From sequence record DRR723986_1873: a stretch of 64,000 nt of DNA. One strand, given 5' to 3'. The notes beneath the pieces were generated by a model. The model was not told the DNA's origin. It did no database searches and worked only from the letters and a program-made list of their open reading frames with translations. The number at the start of each line of letters is the position of its first letter. Position 1 is the stretch's first letter. Shown piece by piece: positions 46,764 through 56,873 of this stretch. The position numbers were made by a program, and so were the translations under genes.

Positions 46764-48107
46764 ATGGCCCCAAACAAGTACAGCAACACCCCCCCCAGCG
46801 GCCTGTCGATCGCCAGTTCCAGCGATTCTGTCAATCTACCCAAGGCACTGGGAGAACGCGCGACCCGAATCCCCGCTGACGACTACGCCAGCGCCCTGGA
46901 TGCCGTGGGCCACAGCGACCAGCACAAGGGCGGCGTATCGGTCTATATCCACCTGCCATTTTGCCCGTCCCGCTGCCTCAGCTGCGACCGGGCGAGCGAG
47001 GTGACCCACGACGCGTCCGACATCGACGACTACCTGACAGCGCTGGATCAGGAAATGACCCTGGTTACCGCGCGGCTGGGCAATCGCAGGCCCTTGCTGC
47101 AACTGCAGCTGGGCGGCGGAACGCCGAATTATCTCAGTGATCCACAACTGATCCGCCTCATGTCGATCGTCGAGCGCCATTTCCAGCTCACCGACAGTAC
47201 CGAGACCGCACTGGATGCAAGCCCGAAGCGCACGTCCCGCTCCCAGCTGGAACTGCTGCGCGGCCTGGGATTCCGGCGCATCAATTTTGAGGTCAGGGAT
47301 ATCGATCCGGTGGTGCAGAAAGCCCTGGGGCGTTCACATTCCCTGCCGATCCTGCACGACGTATTCGACAATGCCCGCGATGTCGGCTTCGAGTCCATCA
47401 GCATGGACCTGATCTATGGCCTGCCCATGCAGACCGTAACCAGCATGGGTTCAACCCTGCTAGGCATTCTCGGCCTGGATCCCGACCGCGTCATGTGCCT
47501 GGCCTACGCGCGCCGCCCTGACGTATTCCAACACCAGCGTTCGATGGATGCGGCGACCATGCCCTCACTGGGCGACAAGATGGCGATGTTCAATGAGGTC
47601 GCAAACGTGCTCCAGGCAGCGGGCTACGCCTGGGTGGGCCTGGATTGTTTCGCCCACAGCGATGACCCCCTGGCCATTGCCCAGGCCAACCGGCAGCTGC
47701 ACCGCAACTGGATTGGCTACACCTTGCATGACTACAGCACGACCCTCGGCTTCGGCACCTCGGCAATTAGCGAGCTGCCCGGCATCGCCGTCCAGAATGA
47801 GACGCGGCTGGCCGACTGGTATGAGGCGCTCTGGGCAGACCGGCTGCCGATCAGCAACGGTATTCACCTGAGCAGCGCAGATGCCGAACAACGTCGCGCG
47901 CTGAATGACCTGATGTGCAACATGGAATTGAGCCAGTACTCGGCCAAGCTGTTCGAAGACGAATCCGGCACCATTGCACGCCTGCAACGTGAAGGCCTGA
48001 TCGAGCGCCACGATGATCGGGTAACGGTGAGTGAGCACGGCCGTTTCGCGCTGCACCAACGCTGGGGCGACTCGTCCCCGACTTTCCGTTGGGCCTCAGG
48101 TTTCTGA
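46764..48107 (+). CDS. Divergent HemN-like radical SAM protein
   Basis: YIHLPFCPSRCLSC, GGGTP, DLIYGLP and LHRNWIGYT motifs; several canonical HemN motifs altered. Confidence 0.85.
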   Translation: MAPNKYSNTPPSGLSIASSSDSVNLPKALGERATRIPADDYASALDAVGHSDQHKGGVSVYIHLPFCPSRCLSCDRASEVTHDASDIDDYLTALDQEMTLVTARLGNRRPLLQLQLGGGTPNYLSDPQLIRLMSIVERHFQLTDSTETALDASPKRTSRSQLELLRGLGFRRINFEVRDIDPVVQKALGRSHSLPILHDVFDNARDVGFESISMDLIYGLPMQTVTSMGSTLLGILGLDPDRVMCLAYARRPDVFQHQRSMDAATMPSLGDKMAMFNEVANVLQAAGYAWVGLDCFAHSDDPLAIAQANRQLHRNWIGYTLHDYSTTLGFGTSAISELPGIAVQNETRLADWYEALWADRLPISNGIHLSSADAEQRRALNDLMCNMELSQYSAKLFEDESGTIARLQREGLIERHDDRVTVSEHGRFALHQRWGDSSPTFRWASGF

Positions 48108-48154
48108 GCGCCTGACTCTGCAGGCTGCGGCGACTGCGCGGCCTGTTCCCCCGA

Positions 48155-48772
48155 TCAGACCGCCTGCGCCTGCAGCGGCAGATTGCCCGCTTCCAGGATG
48201 CGCGCCACCGTCGCGCGCTTCTCGCCCCGCAGCATTGCCCACTCCAACAGAAACCAGGGTGTGAATCTGGTGGGGTCGCGCTCGATAAGGTCGTCTATCT
48301 CGGCCACGGCAAACCAGTCCCAGGCCATGATCTCGTCATCATTCACTGCGATAGCCTGGTCGGCGGCAAGGTTGCCGATGAAGACCGAGCACAGCTCGTG
48401 CTCCGCACCCCGGTCTTCGAAGCGTGCGTGATAGCTGAAGCGATACAGCAAGGTCAGCTCTGAGCTGACACCCAGCTCTTCCTCCAGACGACGCGCAGTA
48501 GCCTCATGGTAACTTTCACCACGGCGCGGATGACTGCAGCAGCTGTTGGTCCAGAACGCCGGCCACAGCGGCTTGGCCCGACTGCGCTGATGCAACAGCA
48601 CCCGATCGGGACCGTCGAACAGGAAAATCGAAAAAGCGCGGTGCAGGATGCCATCGCCGCGATGCGCGTTCAGCTTGCTGTCATAACCCACGATATTATC
48701 CTGGGCATCGACCAGGATAAGGCGTTCCTCGTCAAAGGACACCGGCTCCCGCGCGCTGGGTGGGGCTGCCAT
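48155..48772 (-). CDS. idi: Type 1 isopentenyl-diphosphate delta-isomerase
   Basis: LHRAFSIFLF, WTNSCCSHP, EHELC and FTPWF motifs. Confidence 0.95.
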   Translation of the reverse strand: MAAPPSAREPVSFDEERLILVDAQDNIVGYDSKLNAHRGDGILHRAFSIFLFDGPDRVLLHQRSRAKPLWPAFWTNSCCSHPRRGESYHEATARRLEEELGVSSELTLLYRFSYHARFEDRGAEHELCSVFIGNLAADQAIAVNDDEIMAWDWFAVAEIDDLIERDPTRFTPWFLLEWAMLRGEKRATVARILEAGNLPLQAQAV

Positions 48773-48979
48773 CTCGCACTCCTTGTTTCACTACTCACGC
48801 GCAAACCCGCTGCCTGGCTGGCAGCGTGGTCAACGGTCCGGCAACTATCGCGCCAGGCCCCCGAACAGGAAACGGGGGCTGGGGCACACACCGGCCTCGC
48901 ACACTGGGGCAGCGGCGAAGCGATAGTCCGTTACAGACCTGCCCGGCCCTCTCGAGCCGGCAGGAGAAATTTGGAATCG

Positions 48980-48997
48980 AGGCCCCTTGCGGGGCCT
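48980..48997 (-). terminator. Hairpin just downstream of pufA (terminator or 3' stabiliser)
   Basis: AGGCCCC-GCAA-GGGGCCT with only a weak U-tract. Confidence 0.6.
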
Positions 48998-49010
48998 GGA
49001 GACCGTCGCG

Positions 49011-49199
49011 CTAACTGCGCGTCGGGGGTAAAGCCTCCATGTGCGAAGCAACGGCAGCGCCGCTTCTGTCGCCCTCGATCCAGTTGTACTTGCTTGAGCT
49101 AAGCAGGATGAAGTGAATAAACACAGCCAGTGTAAAAAGGAACACTGCGTTTGCTATCAACACCCGTCTCGGATCAAATAACAGCCAGACTCTATGCAT
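49011..49199 (-). CDS. pufA: LH1 antenna alpha chain
   Basis: MHRVWLLFDPRR, AVFIHFILL and YNWIE motifs. Confidence 0.95.
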   Translation of the reverse strand: MHRVWLLFDPRRVLIANAVFLFTLAVFIHFILLSSSKYNWIEGDRSGAAVASHMEALPPTRS

Positions 49200-49276
49200 C
49201 TCGCGTCTCCATTACAGTTAGGTGGCGGGACCGTAAACGATGCCTGCCACGTGGTTAACAGTCGTATTGCCTTGGT

Positions 49277-49423
49277 TCAGAACCAGGGCTGCCACATCCA
49301 GATCAGGACGTGAGCTACCACTGCGATCGCGACGAAACCCAGATATCCCTGCATATAAGCGCTATGGAATTCCTTTGCTTCGTCACTAGTCAGCCCCGAG
49401 GGGCTGCCGCCTTGCTCACTCAT
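49277..49423 (-). CDS. pufB: LH1 antenna beta chain (48 aa, not in the ORF track)
   Basis: Manual translation [56 protein letters not shown]. Confidence 0.95.
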   Translation of the reverse strand: MSEQGGSPSGLTSDEAKEFHSAYMQGYLGFVAIAVVAHVLIWMWQPWF

Positions 49424-49637
49424 GGTTTTTCCTCCCATGTTTCAGTCAAGCGTTACCGCGCTGCAGGTAAAGATCACCCTCAACGCGGCCATAATCCGGA
49501 GTCACCCATGCAAGACAGATGATTCCGGTTTCCCCGGATCGCGTGACGGCGCTCGCGCGCCGCACAGGATCCAAAGCTTTTCCAGTCTCAGCGGAGACTG
49601 TTCAGGTAGCGCGCAACCCTCGGGTCACGCACTACGA

Positions 49638-50684
49638 TTACTCGTTCTTTTCTGGCAGATATAACTTCTCTGCGGCCGCCCCGTGCACTGCGAGGTTGGG
49701 ATAATCCTTGACCATGCTGGCACCGAGCAGCGGCTTGTAGGCCCCCTGGTGACATGTGGCACAGTTGACCTTGAGCGGATCGCCCAGCGGACCTTTGCGA
49801 CTGTCAGGCAGCCAGGCCGCAGTTGTGTTGATGTACTGGTTATTCATCTCCCTGACCTGGCGAATCGCGTGCCATGCCTGCAGCCGCGTCGGTGGGCTCT
49901 GTTCCCAGTTGGAGAAGGCACGCGAGTTGTGGCAGTGGGTACAGTTCACCCCGAGCGAGTCGGAGAAATGCATCATCAGGCTGTAGGTCCACTCGGTCTG
50001 CTTGATCGAGGTGCGATTGCCATTGGGCAGCGCCGTGTCTGCCGCAACCCGGATCTCATAGTCCTGCTCCAGGAACGGGGTCAGCGGGTCATAGGGCAAG
50101 GAGGCATAGGCCACGGTTTCCGAGGCAATGTTCTGCCCGGCGCTCGCCAGGCCCAGGGCGTGCGGCTGTCCCACGTCCGTGGTCCAGGTGTATTCAGGTA
50201 CAGGTTGGCCACGGTGACAGGTGTAGCAGGTAACACCGGTATCGCCCACGTGCGCCTGCCAGTCCTGGTTGGCGCGCTGGGTCATGGCGATCATCACCCG
50301 GGCGACACGTTTGGTGTACATATCGTCGTGCGCGAAGCCATCCGCATTGTGGCAGTAATTACAGCCCTCATCCGGCGCCACCCACTGGGTAATGGCCGCC
50401 ATCAGCCGGGTAAACTCACCCACGCTGACGTCGCCCAGGATTTGCACGTTTTCGTACACATCCTTTGCCTTGGGGCCAGATGATGGAATCGTCGGCAGCG
50501 GTTCGGGCGCGACATTGGCCGCTACCTTTTCTGCCATCAGCCGCGGGTTATAGACACCCTCCATACCGGTTCCGCGGTAACCGCGTTGAACCACATCCAT
50601 ACCCGGGCGTTCGCAGCCCGCCAGGATCAGGGTGCCCAGAATCAATAGTGCGGCGAGGCCGCGCGCTTTACCGGAAGTAGTCAT
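49638..50684 (-). CDS. pufC: Reaction centre tetraheme cytochrome c subunit
   Basis: Lipobox LAGC; four CxxCH motifs (CNYCH, CYTCH, CTHCH, CATCH); ATG at 50684. Confidence 0.97.
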   Translation of the reverse strand: MTTSGKARGLAALLILGTLILAGCERPGMDVVQRGYRGTGMEGVYNPRLMAEKVAANVAPEPLPTIPSSGPKAKDVYENVQILGDVSVGEFTRLMAAITQWVAPDEGCNYCHNADGFAHDDMYTKRVARVMIAMTQRANQDWQAHVGDTGVTCYTCHRGQPVPEYTWTTDVGQPHALGLASAGQNIASETVAYASLPYDPLTPFLEQDYEIRVAADTALPNGNRTSIKQTEWTYSLMMHFSDSLGVNCTHCHNSRAFSNWEQSPPTRLQAWHAIRQVREMNNQYINTTAAWLPDSRKGPLGDPLKVNCATCHQGAYKPLLGASMVKDYPNLAVHGAAAEKLYLPEKNE

Positions 50685-51658
50685 TATTTGCCCCCCGTCA
50701 GCAATGGGTCGACCAGCGGTGCCGCATCGATCGCCGGATAGGCCGGCGCGACGCCGTGCTTGACCGCCCACAGGTACCAGTTATCCACCACGGTGCCGGT
50801 CAGCAGAATGCCGATACCACCGGTAACCACAGTCAGCACAGCAAACCACCAGGCCCAGCGGTGGATGGATTCCATGGTGGCGTTGAAGCCCATGGTCCAG
50901 CGCCAGAACAGGGCGGCGCGCTCAGTAGCGGTGCCGCGGTCAGTAATCTGGTCGATCTCACGGTCGCCGCCGAAACGGCTCACTGCCAGGATCGTCGCAC
51001 CGTGCATGGCGAATAGCAGGGTGGAGCCATAGAGGAAGGCGATCGACAGCATGTGGAACGGGTTGTAGAACAGATTGCCGTAGCGGATGGAAAACGCTGC
51101 GGTCCAGTCAAGGTGCGGGAAGATGCCGAAGGGCACCGCCTCACTCCAGCTCCCCATGAGAATGGGGCGGATGAAGCCCAGCACCAGGTACAGCCAGATC
51201 GCGCCGGCAAAAGCCCAGGCCAGGTGGTTGCCCATGCCCAGCGCCTGTGCGCGTCGGTAGGTACGCCACCACCAGAGCAGGATCGATACGGTAAGGAAGA
51301 AGCCGGCCATCAACCACCACCCCCCTTCAGCCAGGGGCGGAATACCCAGCCCGTAACTCGGTGGCGGCGGCTCCAGCGCCAGCCAAGGAAGCTGGCGGAT
51401 GAATTCGATCGGGTTCCAGTTCACTGATGCCCACATGTTCAGGCCAATAATCTCGAAGGCGATCAAGCCGCAGATCAGGGACATGACCCCGGTGGTGCCA
51501 AGATAGATCGGACCGATCTGTGCATCGCCCAGCTTGCCCGCCCAGTAGGAGTGAAAACCACCCCCGAATCGGTTGGCGTTATCCTTGCCCAGGGAAACCC
51601 CGGGGTAGATAGGACCGGTGACCTGGACCTGGGTGAAGATATTCTGGTATTCAGCCAT
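50684..51658 (-). CDS. pufM: Reaction centre M subunit
   Basis: [22 protein letters not shown] and [17 protein letters not shown] motifs. Confidence 0.98.
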   Translation of the reverse strand: MAEYQNIFTQVQVTGPIYPGVSLGKDNANRFGGGFHSYWAGKLGDAQIGPIYLGTTGVMSLICGLIAFEIIGLNMWASVNWNPIEFIRQLPWLALEPPPPSYGLGIPPLAEGGWWLMAGFFLTVSILLWWWRTYRRAQALGMGNHLAWAFAGAIWLYLVLGFIRPILMGSWSEAVPFGIFPHLDWTAAFSIRYGNLFYNPFHMLSIAFLYGSTLLFAMHGATILAVSRFGGDREIDQITDRGTATERAALFWRWTMGFNATMESIHRWAWWFAVLTVVTGGIGILLTGTVVDNWYLWAVKHGVAPAYPAIDAAPLVDPLLTGGK

Positions 51659-51673
51659 TTCGTTGTCCTCGCA

Positions 51674-52498
51674 TCAGTTCCAGATCGGCAGCTGCAGCCA
51701 CCAGTTCCACCATTCAGGCCAGCCCCGGGTCCAGAATGGGCCGCTGATGACAATGCAGATAGCGCTCCAGAATCCTGCCGACAGCGCCAGGAACAGGCCC
51801 AGGCGGTGAATGCCAAGCGCGCCGATGGAATAGCCGATGTCATCGCGGAAGAAAGTGTTTTCGTGCTCAGCGGTCTTCACCTCCTCGCCCTCGGCCGGGT
51901 TGGTAACGGCCAGGATCAGCGAGCCGTGCATCGACAGGGCCAGGGTGGTGGTGAAGAAGAACGTGACCGCCAGCATGTGCGCCGGGTTGTAGTGGAAGTG
52001 CAGGTACTGGTAACCGACATTGGATACCCAGTCCAGGTGACTGAGGATGCCGTAGGGGAATCCGTGGCCCCAGGCGCCCAACAGCAGCGGCCGGATGACA
52101 ACCAGGGTCACGTAGGCAAAGATCGCGAAACTGAAGGCGAAAGGAATATGCAGACCCATACCCAGCTTGCGCGCAATCTCGACCTGGCGCAGCGCCCATG
52201 AACAGAAGGCGCCGATGGCACACAAGGTGATCACCTGCCACAGCCCCCCTTCGGTAAGGGGCGCGAGGCCAAGTCCATAGGACAGGTCCGGCGGCGCGAT
52301 ACTGATCTGCCACAGGTTCCAGGTCGGCCCGATAGCAGCGCCATAAATAATGAGCAAGGTACCCAGCGTTGCGAAGAAGATAGTCGAGACGCCGAAGAAG
52401 CCCACATAGAAAGGGCCTACCCAGAAGTCAAACAAGTCTCCCCCGATCAGGGTGCCGCCACGGACGCGGTATTTTCGTTCAAAGCTCAACATGGACAT
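51674..52498 (-). CDS. pufL: Reaction centre L subunit
   Basis: [19 protein letters not shown] and [13 protein letters not shown] motifs. Confidence 0.98.
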   Translation of the reverse strand: MSMLSFERKYRVRGGTLIGGDLFDFWVGPFYVGFFGVSTIFFATLGTLLIIYGAAIGPTWNLWQISIAPPDLSYGLGLAPLTEGGLWQVITLCAIGAFCSWALRQVEIARKLGMGLHIPFAFSFAIFAYVTLVVIRPLLLGAWGHGFPYGILSHLDWVSNVGYQYLHFHYNPAHMLAVTFFFTTTLALSMHGSLILAVTNPAEGEEVKTAEHENTFFRDDIGYSIGALGIHRLGLFLALSAGFWSAICIVISGPFWTRGWPEWWNWWLQLPIWN

Positions 52499-52604
52499 GT
52501 CTTATTCCTCCACAATGACACCCGGCTCGCCCGTCGACCCCCGGCCGACCTGCGCTTGTTGCCACTGCACCGCTACCCGCCAGGGCAACGGCCTCTGGTG
52601 TTAA

Positions 52605-52841
52605 TCAGTACCGCATGAAAGCGTAGGGAATTACGCTGTATGCGGAGCGCTTTGCCTGTTCGAAGCAGCTCTCCCGCTTGCCGCCTACCGCCGTCACAGA
52701 CGTCCTGCCCGGCGACAGTCGTCGCAGGGCGGCCGCTATGAAGAACCAGACGAAAACGAGTGCAATCAGCAGCCGGAACTCGGTGAGCTCGGTTGCCTTG
52801 TGCTCCGTATTGGCGGTATCGCCGCCCGATGTATTCAGCAT
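52605..52841 (-). CDS. pufQ: PufQ-like small membrane protein
   Basis: 78 aa with one TM segment (EFRLLIALVFVWFF) and C-terminal A..SA...IPYAFM; lies between bchZ and pufL; GGAGG RBS. Confidence 0.72.
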   Translation of the reverse strand: MLNTSGGDTANTEHKATELTEFRLLIALVFVWFFIAAALRRLSPGRTSVTAVGGKRESCFEQAKRSAYSVIPYAFMRY

Positions 52842-52898
52842 GGCTGAATCCCTCCAGTTAAGGACTCGCGATCGGCGAAATGCACGATCGGCCTGTCC

Positions 52899-54353
52899 TC
52901 ACGCGGCGTTACCCGCGCTAAGTTCTACCCGCGCCGAGCGCAGGTGCTGCACCTGCACTGCATCGGCACCACTACTGCGGGCACTTTCCTCGGCCGCATC
53001 CCGTAGCCGCTTGGCCACCGAGATGCGCACCAGAATCGGTTCTTTCGCCACCAATTGGTCGAGCGCGGCTTCCGCCTCCGCATCCCAGGCCAGGGCCGCA
53101 CGGCTACGCGCCGGGGTCGCCGCCACCTGGTCCATCTCGGTGCCCAGCGGCAGGATGTTGAACAAGGCGTCGAACAAGGCGTTACAGACTTCCTGCAACA
53201 GGTAACAGGCTCCGCCATAACCCATGAACGGCGTGCCGGTATGCCGGCGGATGATGGTTCCCGGTAGCGAGGCTGGCAGGTATACGGCGCGCGAGCCGGC
53301 TTCCGCCAGGTACATGCGCTCGTTGTAGCCACCGAATACGATCAGCGGCGACTGGGTGTGGATCGCCTCCCGCACCGCCGCATTATCCGGTTTCGCACCC
53401 GGCTTACGGGCAAAGGAAAACAGGCACGGCAAGCCGAGCTCTTCCTCGAGGAAATGGCGCACACCGCGGGTGTAGGTCTCGCTGGCCGCAATGCCGAAGC
53501 TGGCGGTGCCGAAGAAATCCTGGGTTACAGAGCGCCACAGGTCCCAGATCGGTTTGATGGTGGTGTGCTTTTCCTGCTCAATAAACGGCTCCGGGTCGAG
53601 TTGCAGCAATTCGCCGAGGGCGCGCAGGAATTTGGTCGTGCTGTGCAGGCCAATCGGCGCCTGCAGGTAGGGCTTGTCGAGATCCTCGCACAGCTTGCGC
53701 CCGAACTCGCGGTACATGCAGATATTGACCTCGGCATCGCCGAGGCGCGGGATTTCATCGAGATGGCAGCCCAGCGGGAACACCAGGTTGACCTGGGCAC
53801 CAATGCCCTCCACCAGGCGACGGATTTCCGCCAGGTCGGACCAGGTATTAAAGTAACCGTAGGCCGGACCAATGATATTGACCGTCGGTGCCGGGGCCTC
53901 GCCCTCAGCCCGCTTCTTCGGCCGATGTTTTTTCTTGCCGTACTGGTCCCACAGCCAGACCAGCGCGCGGTCGGCGCTCTGCCACTGGTCCTCGTCGATC
54001 GTCCGCGGCAGAAAACGCTGGATACCGGTGCCTTCCGGGGTTACCCCGCCGCCGATCATTTCGGCAATCGATCCGGTAACAACCACGCTGGGCTTGTCCG
54101 GGTCCAGGGTCTGGTGCGCCCGGCGCAGCGCGCCTTCGGTTCCGTGCTGGCCAAGCTCTTCCTCACCGAGACCGGTGACCACCACCGGCAACTCGTGAGG
54201 GGGCAGCGCATCTGTGTAATGCAGTACGGAAGTGATCGGCAGGTTCTCACAGCCCACCGGGCCATCGATAATCACCTGCAGGCCTTTCACTGCGGTGAAC
54301 ATATACACCGAGCCCCAGTAGCCCCCCGCGCGATCGTGATCAAGCACCAGCAT
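52899..54353 (-). CDS. bchZ: Chlorophyllide reductase subunit Z
   Basis: [20 protein letters not shown] and [12 protein letters not shown] motifs. Confidence 0.97.
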   Translation of the reverse strand: MLVLDHDRAGGYWGSVYMFTAVKGLQVIIDGPVGCENLPITSVLHYTDALPPHELPVVVTGLGEEELGQHGTEGALRRAHQTLDPDKPSVVVTGSIAEMIGGGVTPEGTGIQRFLPRTIDEDQWQSADRALVWLWDQYGKKKHRPKKRAEGEAPAPTVNIIGPAYGYFNTWSDLAEIRRLVEGIGAQVNLVFPLGCHLDEIPRLGDAEVNICMYREFGRKLCEDLDKPYLQAPIGLHSTTKFLRALGELLQLDPEPFIEQEKHTTIKPIWDLWRSVTQDFFGTASFGIAASETYTRGVRHFLEEELGLPCLFSFARKPGAKPDNAAVREAIHTQSPLIVFGGYNERMYLAEAGSRAVYLPASLPGTIIRRHTGTPFMGYGGACYLLQEVCNALFDALFNILPLGTEMDQVAATPARSRAALAWDAEAEAALDQLVAKEPILVRISVAKRLRDAAEESARSSGADAVQVQHLRSARVELSAGNAA

Positions 54354-55897
54354 CAGCGAGACCCTCCCGCCGTAGTCGCTTTGAGCAGGCCGGCGCCGTC
54401 CGCCAGCTCCCGGGTCCAGACGCCTGCAGCGCTGCCAGTGCCAACGCCCTCAAAAAATTGCTCCATGGCGGCAAAACGGTCGCGGCCGGCGACCGCGGTA
54501 TTGATCACCTGGGCGAGCGAACCTGCCCCCGCCGGTCCCATCAGGGGCCGCGCTGAAATCAGGTTGGTGAAGTACAGCGAGGGAATCGCCCGCTGTTTCG
54601 CATGCTGCACCACCGGCGTGGTGCCGATGGCGATATCCGGTTCGAAGGCGTCGATCGCCGCCAGGTCCTGCTCCAGCGAAGCGCGGTAACGCACTTCCAC
54701 ACCGTGCTGCTCCAGCCAGTCCCGATCGGCTTCCGACCAGGGCGTGCGGGGACAGGCCGTACCGACATAACGCAAGTCAGCGCCACTTTCCACCAGCAGG
54801 CGACCAACCAGCAGTTCCGAACCCTCGTAACCTGAGAGAGTGATTCGCGCCTTAATCGGGGCCGCGTCAAGCGCAGCCCGGATCGCCGGCAGTACCGCAT
54901 TGCTGGCCGCGGCAATCCGCTCAGACGCAATACCCAGCGCGCCACCCACCTGCTGCAGCCACTGGGCGGTGCCGTCACAACCGACCGGGGCGGAGCCCAC
55001 GGCGGGACGACCCGCCGCCGCAAACTCGCGATGACTGGCGGTGTAAAAAGGATGCAGCATGGCGACCAGGTCGCAGTCCAGGGCGGCGTACAGCTCACGC
55101 CACTCCCGGGTCGGAACCACCGGTCCAGCGGCCAGGCCCATGGGCTCTAACAGGCGGTTGATGGTGATGGCATCCACCGGGAAAATTTCCCCGACCAGAC
55201 TCACCGACGGCCGTTGGCCGCGCTGCTGGGCACTGGCGGGACGCGCCACCGGGCCCGTCTCGGCTTCCCTGCGGGCATAGCGCAACATCGCACCGGCGAG
55301 AATGTCCTTGGCCTCAGCGTGAGTCGGCACGCCAAAACCGGGCACATCGATGCCGATCACCCGCACCCCGTTGATCTCTTTCGGCAACAGGTCCAGGGGC
55401 ACCCCGGAAGCGGTCGGCACACAGAGGTTGATGATGACTACCGCGTCATACAGATCAGGATCGGCCAGCTCATAGGTGGCTTCGCGGATGTCCTCGAACA
55501 GTTTGCCGGTAACCAGGCTCTCCGAATCGAAGGGCACATAGCCGACGGTGCGGCGGGCGCCATAAAAGTGCGAGGTAAAAGTCAGGCCATACACACAGCA
55601 GGCGGAGCCGCTCAGTACCGTGGCCGTGCGCTTCATCCGCAACCCCACCCGCAATGAACCAAAGGCCGGGCACATACTCTGGGGCTGGTCGTGCGGCCCG
55701 AGGGGGTAGTCTTTCGCGTATTGTTCGAGGGTCTCACTCTTGCCGGCAGCTGCGGCCGCCTGGGCCAGCTCCCCGCCCGCATGACAGGCACCGGCAGGTG
55801 CGGCGTCACCGCCGTCCAGGCGGATCACCGGTATCTCCTCCAGCGGCGCCGATGGCGTCGCCTGGGACTCGGCGTGCTGTGACTCAGACAGCGTCAT
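54353..55897 (-). CDS. bchY: Chlorophyllide reductase subunit Y
   Basis: [22 protein letters not shown] and NLCVPTASG motifs; ATG at 55897. Confidence 0.96.
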   Translation of the reverse strand: MTLSESQHAESQATPSAPLEEIPVIRLDGGDAAPAGACHAGGELAQAAAAAGKSETLEQYAKDYPLGPHDQPQSMCPAFGSLRVGLRMKRTATVLSGSACCVYGLTFTSHFYGARRTVGYVPFDSESLVTGKLFEDIREATYELADPDLYDAVVIINLCVPTASGVPLDLLPKEINGVRVIGIDVPGFGVPTHAEAKDILAGAMLRYARREAETGPVARPASAQQRGQRPSVSLVGEIFPVDAITINRLLEPMGLAAGPVVPTREWRELYAALDCDLVAMLHPFYTASHREFAAAGRPAVGSAPVGCDGTAQWLQQVGGALGIASERIAAASNAVLPAIRAALDAAPIKARITLSGYEGSELLVGRLLVESGADLRYVGTACPRTPWSEADRDWLEQHGVEVRYRASLEQDLAAIDAFEPDIAIGTTPVVQHAKQRAIPSLYFTNLISARPLMGPAGAGSLAQVINTAVAGRDRFAAMEQFFEGVGTGSAAGVWTRELADGAGLLKATTAGGSR

Positions 55898-56873
55898 AGA
55901 CGACCTCAAGCGAGGGCTTGTTGAGCACGGTGGTATCACACAGGTCGGCCAGGCTTGCCGGCTCGAGTACCACGTTGCGACCCACGGCATCACCGGAGAA
56001 CAGGTTCAGCAGCCCGTCCTGGGACAGGGGCGTTGGGTGATGGGGTGGCGCCTCGGCGACATTCTTCGCGAGGTCGGCAAACATCGATCCCCACTCGCCG
56101 TCCGGCCGGCCGATAATTTCGTAGTTGGCGCTCTTGCGCCGGATGTCGTCATGAGCGGGAATCGCCGCCAGCTCTGGAATGCCAACCGCGCGGCAGAAGG
56201 CCTGGGCCTCACCGGTGCCGTCGTCCTTGTTGGTGACCATGCCGGCCACACCGACATTGCCGCCAAGCTTGCGGAAGTACTCGACCGCGGAGCACACATT
56301 GTTGGCGACGTACAGTGACTGCAGGTCGTTGGATGCCACCACGATCACCTTCTGGCACATGTCGCGGGCAATCGGCAGACCGAAACCGCCGCAGACCACG
56401 TCGCCGAGGAAATCCAGCAGCACGTAGTCAAAATCCCAATCGTGGAAGCCGAGTTTCTCCAGGGTTTCAAAGCCGTGGATGATGCCGCGTCCGCCGCAGC
56501 CGCGACCCACTTCCGGACCGCCGAGCTCCATGGCGAATACGCCGTCGCGCTTGAAGCACACGTCCTCGACCTGGACCTGGTCACCGGCCGCCTTGCGGGC
56601 GGAGGCGGTTTCAATAATGGTCGGGCAAGCCTTGCCGCCAAACAGTAGCGAAGTCGTGTCGCTCTTGGGATCACAGCCGATCAGCAGGACCTTCTTGCCC
56701 TGCTGGGCCATCATGTAGGACAGGTTCGCCAGGGTAAAACTCTTGCCGATACCGCCCTTGCCGTAGATCGCGATGATCTGCGTTTTCGAGGCGGACTCGC
56801 TGGAAGTCGCCAGCAAACCACCGGCGTCCCCCATCTCGGGCTGGTAAGTCGCCACGTTGGATTTCGGGGTCAT
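55884..56873 (-). CDS. bchX: Chlorophyllide reductase iron protein subunit X
   Basis: [18 protein letters not shown] and GRGCGGRG motifs. Confidence 0.97.
   Translation of the reverse strand: MTPKSNVATYQPEMGDAGGLLATSSESASKTQIIAIYGKGGIGKSFTLANLSYMMAQQGKKVLLIGCDPKSDTTSLLFGGKACPTIIETASARKAAGDQVQVEDVCFKRDGVFAMELGGPEVGRGCGGRGIIHGFETLEKLGFHDWDFDYVLLDFLGDVVCGGFGLPIARDMCQKVIVVASNDLQSLYVANNVCSAVEYFRKLGGNVGVAGMVTNKDDGTGEAQAFCRAVGIPELAAIPAHDDIRRKSANYEIIGRPDGEWGSMFADLAKNVAEAPPHHPTPLSQDGLLNLFSGDAVGRNVVLEPASLADLCDTTVLNKPSLEVVYDAV

Noticed and set aside
48670-49704. Small ORFs in the spacers around pufBA (48845-49051, 49422-49664 and others)
   Set aside because: No RBS or protein-like features; they overlap real genes or hairpin-rich non-coding sequence; no PufX-like ORF found
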